From Felis catus (lineage: Eukaryota), in contig NC_058368.1 of NCBI RefSeq assembly GCF_018350175.1, positions 213,158,001 to 213,222,000 on the forward strand: a stretch of DNA of 64,000 nucleotides. Direction: 5' to 3'. The translations under genes were made by a program, and so were the position numbers. This document shows, one piece after another, positions 59,075 through 64,000 of the stretch. The notes under the pieces were generated by a model. The model was given only the letters and a program-made list of their open reading frames with translations. It was not told where the DNA came from and did not search any database. The first letter of the stretch is position 1, and each line of letters opens with the position of its first letter.

Positions 59075-60389
59075 GTAAATACTTCTAGTTCTCTGAGGTT
59101 GCTCTTTGGTTTGGAGAGTTTTAATAAATGCAGAGCATCCTAATGCACATAGATTTGGGCGTTTGATCCCAATATTATTATACTAGATATATTGAAAAAT
59201 AAATGGTGTAGGTGTAGTTAGTAAGTTCTAGTACAATTCAGGGTTTTTAAACTTACTTTACAATTGTAGAATATGAAATCCTGCTGGTGCCAGCAATGTT
59301 GCTTTAGGGACTGTTCTATAACATTTTCAAAGCTTCGAAAGCTTTTAAGCCAAAAAGCATGGTCAGTGTCTGCCTTATGTTGGTTCTGTTGTTTTATGGG
59401 TCAGATAAAATTTACTTTGTTTCCTTTCATGTTGTTTTTGTACATCTTAACTTGTTGAGTATGGAGTTAGTCTACACTAATATTTCTTTGTGATAAAGGA
59501 GAAGAGAAAATACTATATATTGAATATTAAAATTAACTTATCTAAAATAGCATGATTAGGCTCTTAGTTGTAGTCCCTTTAAATTTGTTTTTTGTTTTTT
59601 TTGGTTTTTTTTTTTTTACAGCAAAACAATTTTTTTAAGGCACTGGGCTTTCCACAACCCAGGAAGAGAACACTTTATTTAAAATGTAGTCATTGGGAGA
59701 CATGTCTCATATACTTCATATGTATACCATATCAGGGCTTGTATGTTGTAAAAGCTTTGCGTCTTAAAAATAAATGGGTTTTGTGAAAAGGATCTTTTCT
59801 ATGAACATGAGTTTCCACTCAAGGTCTAGCTATGGATATTGCTAGAAAAACAGTTCCTGAGTCAATCTGGTCAATTCATATGCAACATATGACCCTTAGG
59901 ATTTGGGGGAAAAAATCTAATATGATATAAATAAAAGTTGCTATATTTAGGATGAAATTATATTCATATGACCATTTAACTATTTCAGAGCACATTTTAT
60001 CTAATTATATTTAACTGTAGTTAAATTTGTGCAATATCAAGTCATTTTATTATGTTGCAAAAGTCTAAAGTTCATATCGCATTTGTGGTAGTCTTTGATA
60101 ACCTATCCCTTCTAAAGGAAACAAAATTATATTTTTGTCTGACCCAGACTTGAGTTAGAATTACTGTTCTGGATTTCATAAATACTTTGGTGAGAGAAAT
60201 GATCAGTCCAAAATTGGAAGATTTTACTTCAAGACACTGAGCTGAAAAGTTGGATGTGCAAAAACTGTAGAAACATTGATAGAGTGTTCCTTGCTGCAGA
60301 TAACTGCAGTAAACTATGTCTTTAGCTTCATTATGAAGATTGCTTCTTTCTTGCTGCAGAATAACGGTATGTATTCTCTCTCACTGCAG

Positions 60390-60456
60390 CTCCCAATGCT
60401 CTGTGTCTTAAAATCACGTAAAGCCTATAGCTTGCTTTGGGGAGTTAGTCCAGAGG
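60390..60456 (+). other. ZFR: Candidate poison exon B in intron 15
   Basis: ttctctctcactgcag| acceptor, AGG|gtaagg donor; 67 nt; TAA at 60419-60421 in frame with exon 15. Confidence 0.45.
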
Positions 60457-60758
60457 GTAAGGAAGGCTTTGCCGGAAGAGCAATTATAAATCTCAAGACT
60501 TGCGCAGTGTGGTAGCCTCTTTAACGGTCCTGGTTAATACCAAAAATTATCTTTAAATTACTTAAAAGAAATTATTAAATTGCCCAAATAACTGTTAAAC
60601 GCATGACAGATCTATTTTATGGTACTGTGTTTGGCAGTTAAACATTAAGTTAACAGTTAATTGACTTGAAGCTTGAAATGTTCGAAATGCTCTAACCCTT
60701 GCTACAGAGTCTTTTCTGCAGCAAGACAAGTATTGTGTGTGTTTTTTTCCACCTGTAG

Positions 60759-60848
60759 CTTATCAGGCCCGGTCCAAAGCCTTCTAGCAGAGGGGATTGA
60801 TTCCTGTCAGGGGTTGCTGCCAAGACATCGGAAGGATTTTTGACCAAG
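60759..60848 (+). other. ZFR: Candidate poison exon C in intron 15
   Basis: tttttttccacctgtag| acceptor, branch-like ctaac at 60692-60696, weak AAG|gttttc donor; reads AYQARSKAF* (TAG 60785-60787) after exon 15. Confidence 0.6.
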
Positions 60849-61774
60849 GTTTTCAAAAGCTCAGTGTCACACCTGCCATTTGATTAAGGAGGGATTTTTG
60901 GATGCAGAGTCTGGCATTTAGTGTCCTTTGTGTGGCTGTTTTGTTTGTTTTGTCTTTGTCTAATTTAGAATTGAGCAGTGTTCACACTAGTTTTTAAATG
61001 GTTGTGGGTGGATTATATATTTTATATAACCATGTTAATTTAAATTAATACATTCCCATTAACTTTTAATCATAAAGTAGTGTGGACACAGCATGTCTTC
61101 TAACTGGTGATTAACCCCTTAAAATTTATGAAATACATTTATGTAGGGTAAGAATTTGCCTTTTTTTTTTTTTAAATTAACTGAGTTTTTGTTAACTGGG
61201 TATTAAGCAACAAGTATGATTTTTGTTTTGTTTTGTTTTTAGTACAGTATACCTAAGGGGTTAATCCACTTGAAATATAAAATGGGTGCAAAAATCCACA
61301 CTCTAAATTTAACAGAAACTTCCTACTTACAGCTCTTAATTTGTTTTTAAATTGCAATAGGTGTCTTGGCATCTTTGAAATTGTCATTAAAATTTTCAAA
61401 GTTATGAATGTGTGCTAAAAGAGAAATTTTCTTACATTTTGGAGGAAATTATAACATTGTAAAAATAACATTTAGAAATTCAGAAACTTTTTAGAAAGAG
61501 ATTGCACATTGTCACCTATTTGCATTCTAGCTTTAACAAATAATGTAAATAAGGGGACATGGAAAGAGGATCCTTCAGCAGTTCTGTAATCTTGCTTTGA
61601 GGAGTGGTTTCTTGTTTCTTTTTTCTTTCTTTTTCTTTAGTTAGCTGTGCTTTCCTGTGTCCCTTTTCCTTATCTCAGAATAGCCCCATTTCTAATGGTC
61701 AGTATGTTTCTGACGTTAGTAGTAGGTCTTACAGGTTTTAGGATTATTTACTGTTTTTTTAAAATATTAAAACA

Positions 61775-62829
61775 TTTTTTAATGTTTGCTTATTTTTGAG
61801 AGAGAGACTGAGTGCACGTAGGGGAGGGGCAGAGAGAGGAAACACAGAATCCAAAGCAGGCTACAGACTCTCAGCTGTCAGCACAGAGCCCGACACAGGG
61901 CTCGAACTCACTAACTACGAGATCATGATCTAAGCCAAAGTCTAAGACGTTTAACCAACTGAGCCACCCAGGCGCCCCACCCCGTTCACTGTTTTTTTTT
62001 TTAACACTAATATTTTGTCTTGACAGTTTCTTTTTAGCACTCAGATTCCTCTTTTAGTGTTAATTCTCAGAATGTGGCGTAGTGTGACGTAGTGTTCTTG
62101 GATTATCTGTAAATCGCCCTTCTAACATGTCTTCTAAAAAAATCTGTATCATCTGATTATTTGAAGAGCAAGAATTAAGAACAGAAAGCCCATGCAGTGG
62201 AGAGACTTCAATACCATTTCTAAAATAAGGTTTTTTATGTGTTACCTATTCAGAATAAGAGCAAGTGTCTTTTTTTTTTATGTTTATTTATGAGGGAGAG
62301 AGTGGGGGAAGGGCAGAGAGAATCCCAAACAGACTGCATGTTGTCAGTGCAGAGCCCGACACAAATCAAGCCATGAGATCATGACCTGAGCTGAAATCGA
62401 GAGTTGGATGCTTAACCGACTTAGCCACCCAGGCAACCCAGGACAAGTGTCTTTTAAGATAACTGAATGCTCATACAAAATATACAATTAAATAACTTAC
62501 CTAAAGTGGCCCTGTACTCTTAAAACCAACTTTAACTTCTTTTATCATATATTTCTTTTGACCCTCCTACTCCTTTGGTACCTTCAATGATTTATTAAAT
62601 TATATCTTAAAAAAAAATTTTTTTTATCGTTTATTTTTTGAGAGAGAGAGACAGAGACAGAGTGTGAGCGGGGGAGGGGCAGTGACAAGGGAGACACAGA
62701 ATCCAAAGCAGGCTTCAGGCTTTGAGCTGTTGGCACAGAGCCCAATGCGGGGCTCAAACCCATGAACCCCAAGATCATGACCTGAGCCGAAGTCAGACGC
62801 TCAACCAACTGAGCCACCCACGTGCCCCT
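61775..62829 (-). mobile_element. Three antisense Can-SINEs in intron 15 (approx. 61775-61978, 62270-62440, 62615-62829)
   Basis: SINE bodies; all lie between the two arms of the predicted long-range duplex. Confidence 0.88.
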
Positions 62830-63878
62830 AAATTATATCTTAAGTACTGCATACATCTGATGCACTTAGCCAGAAGACTGTTAAATTCCAGAGACTACTT
62901 TCCTGGTATATGATTATACTGTATTTAGAAAATATTTATACTATTAAAACTACCCAAGAGCTATGAATTAGATTGACTTAGTTGCTATTTTGGCTAGTTT
63001 GATTAGCAGATAAGCTGTTATTTTTATACACACTTTACAGATATGTATAGATGGATACATAGCTGGCCCTTCAGCTATCATGAATATAAAATTACCTTCT
63101 TGTCTCTAGTTTTCTCCTCAAGTTTTTAGATAGCTCATTTATGTTTTAATACAATAATCTAATTAAAATCAGTTATTACAATTTTAGACCATACGTATTG
63201 TTTATCATCAAAGCATTCTGCTTACTTTACTGCATCTCTTCCTTTCTGTACGTATTCTGTTTAATCATGCTGGTTCCTATCGCCCTTTTCCACTTTACCC
63301 ATTGTTCCTCTACATTTATTCTTTGGAATATTTTATGGTAACCTTTTAAAAGAGCATTTCATATTCCCTTGAAGCTAAAATTTTCCTTGCAGGAGAGAAA
63401 GTATTGATCTCTTAGAAATGCTTATCTTTGACTCTTCATTTTTCTCTGATTATTACTATATTGATAAATCCATCTTTATTATTAGTTCTTTGCTATATGA
63501 GCCCCAGAATGACATGACCATTTAGAATATTGAACAAACTTCATAGTTTATCATACACTCTTCATTTATTAAGGTGGATTTTTGTGTTCCCTCTTGTCTT
63601 GTCTTTGTGCTGGTGCGCTGTGTCCAGTAATCCTCCCTTTTTATTTTGGTGGGTAGGGTTTATATTTGGAGAAACTATTTATTATAAGAGTTTAAATTCT
63701 CCTTTTGATCTTCACATTGGATTATGTAAATTTGTTGAAAATAATTCTCTGGGTACATTAATGTGCCGGTAAACTCTCAAATGGCTCATGTGACACTGAT
63801 GCTACTATAAGGAAGTGTCTTGCTCACCTGGTCAAACACCCATTCCTCACTGCATTTTGCCAATTCAATCCATTTTAG

Positions 63879-63976
63879 ATGTAACCTCGGGTATGGTGAA
63901 AGACCCACCGGACGTCTTGGACAGGCAAAAATGCCTTGACGCTCTGGCTGCTCTACGCCACGCTAAGTGGTTCCAG
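63879..63976 (+). CDS. ZFR: ZFR exon 16 (DZF); the gene continues beyond the window
   Basis: ttttag| acceptor, CAG|gttcgg donor; 98 nt; [33 protein letters not shown] (not in the ORF track). Confidence 0.95.
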
Positions 63977-64000
63977 GTTCGGAACATCATTTTACTTTTT

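Noticed and set aside
59329..59346. Hairpin aaagcttcgaaagcttt
   Set aside because: Short AU-rich stem built from self-complementary aagctt; too weak to call alone, though it lies next to the 21-bp stem
58335..61770. SINE-free stretch as evidence of constraint on intron 15
   Set aside because: Consistent with the structural model but not discriminating, because similar or longer SINE-free stretches occur elsewhere (e.g. about 39100-47390)

Overview
Mammalian genomic DNA from a carnivore, most likely a felid (dense tRNA-derived Can-SINE/SINEC_Fc repeats and carnivore-type L1). It holds the CpG-island promoter and coding exons 1-16 of ZFR (zinc finger RNA-binding protein: three C2H2 dsRNA-binding fingers plus the start of the DZF domain) on the + strand. 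The 16 exons splice into one open frame of 912 codons, and the gene runs off the right edge. Intron 8 is a GC-AG intron, and intron 2 carries a decayed piggyBac-like transposase fossil. The most interesting region is intron 15. It contains up to three candidate stop-codon ('poison') exons, each with splice sites inside or enclosed by predicted RNA helices. One candidate exon and its downstream flank (60806-60926) are complementary, in four colinear helices, to exon 16 and its upstream intron about 3 kb away (63752-63940). This suggests a structure-based splicing/NMD switch in a gene that encodes a dsRNA-binding splicing regulator. All pairings were found by eye and need folding, conservation and RNA-seq checks. 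Repeat boundaries are approximate.
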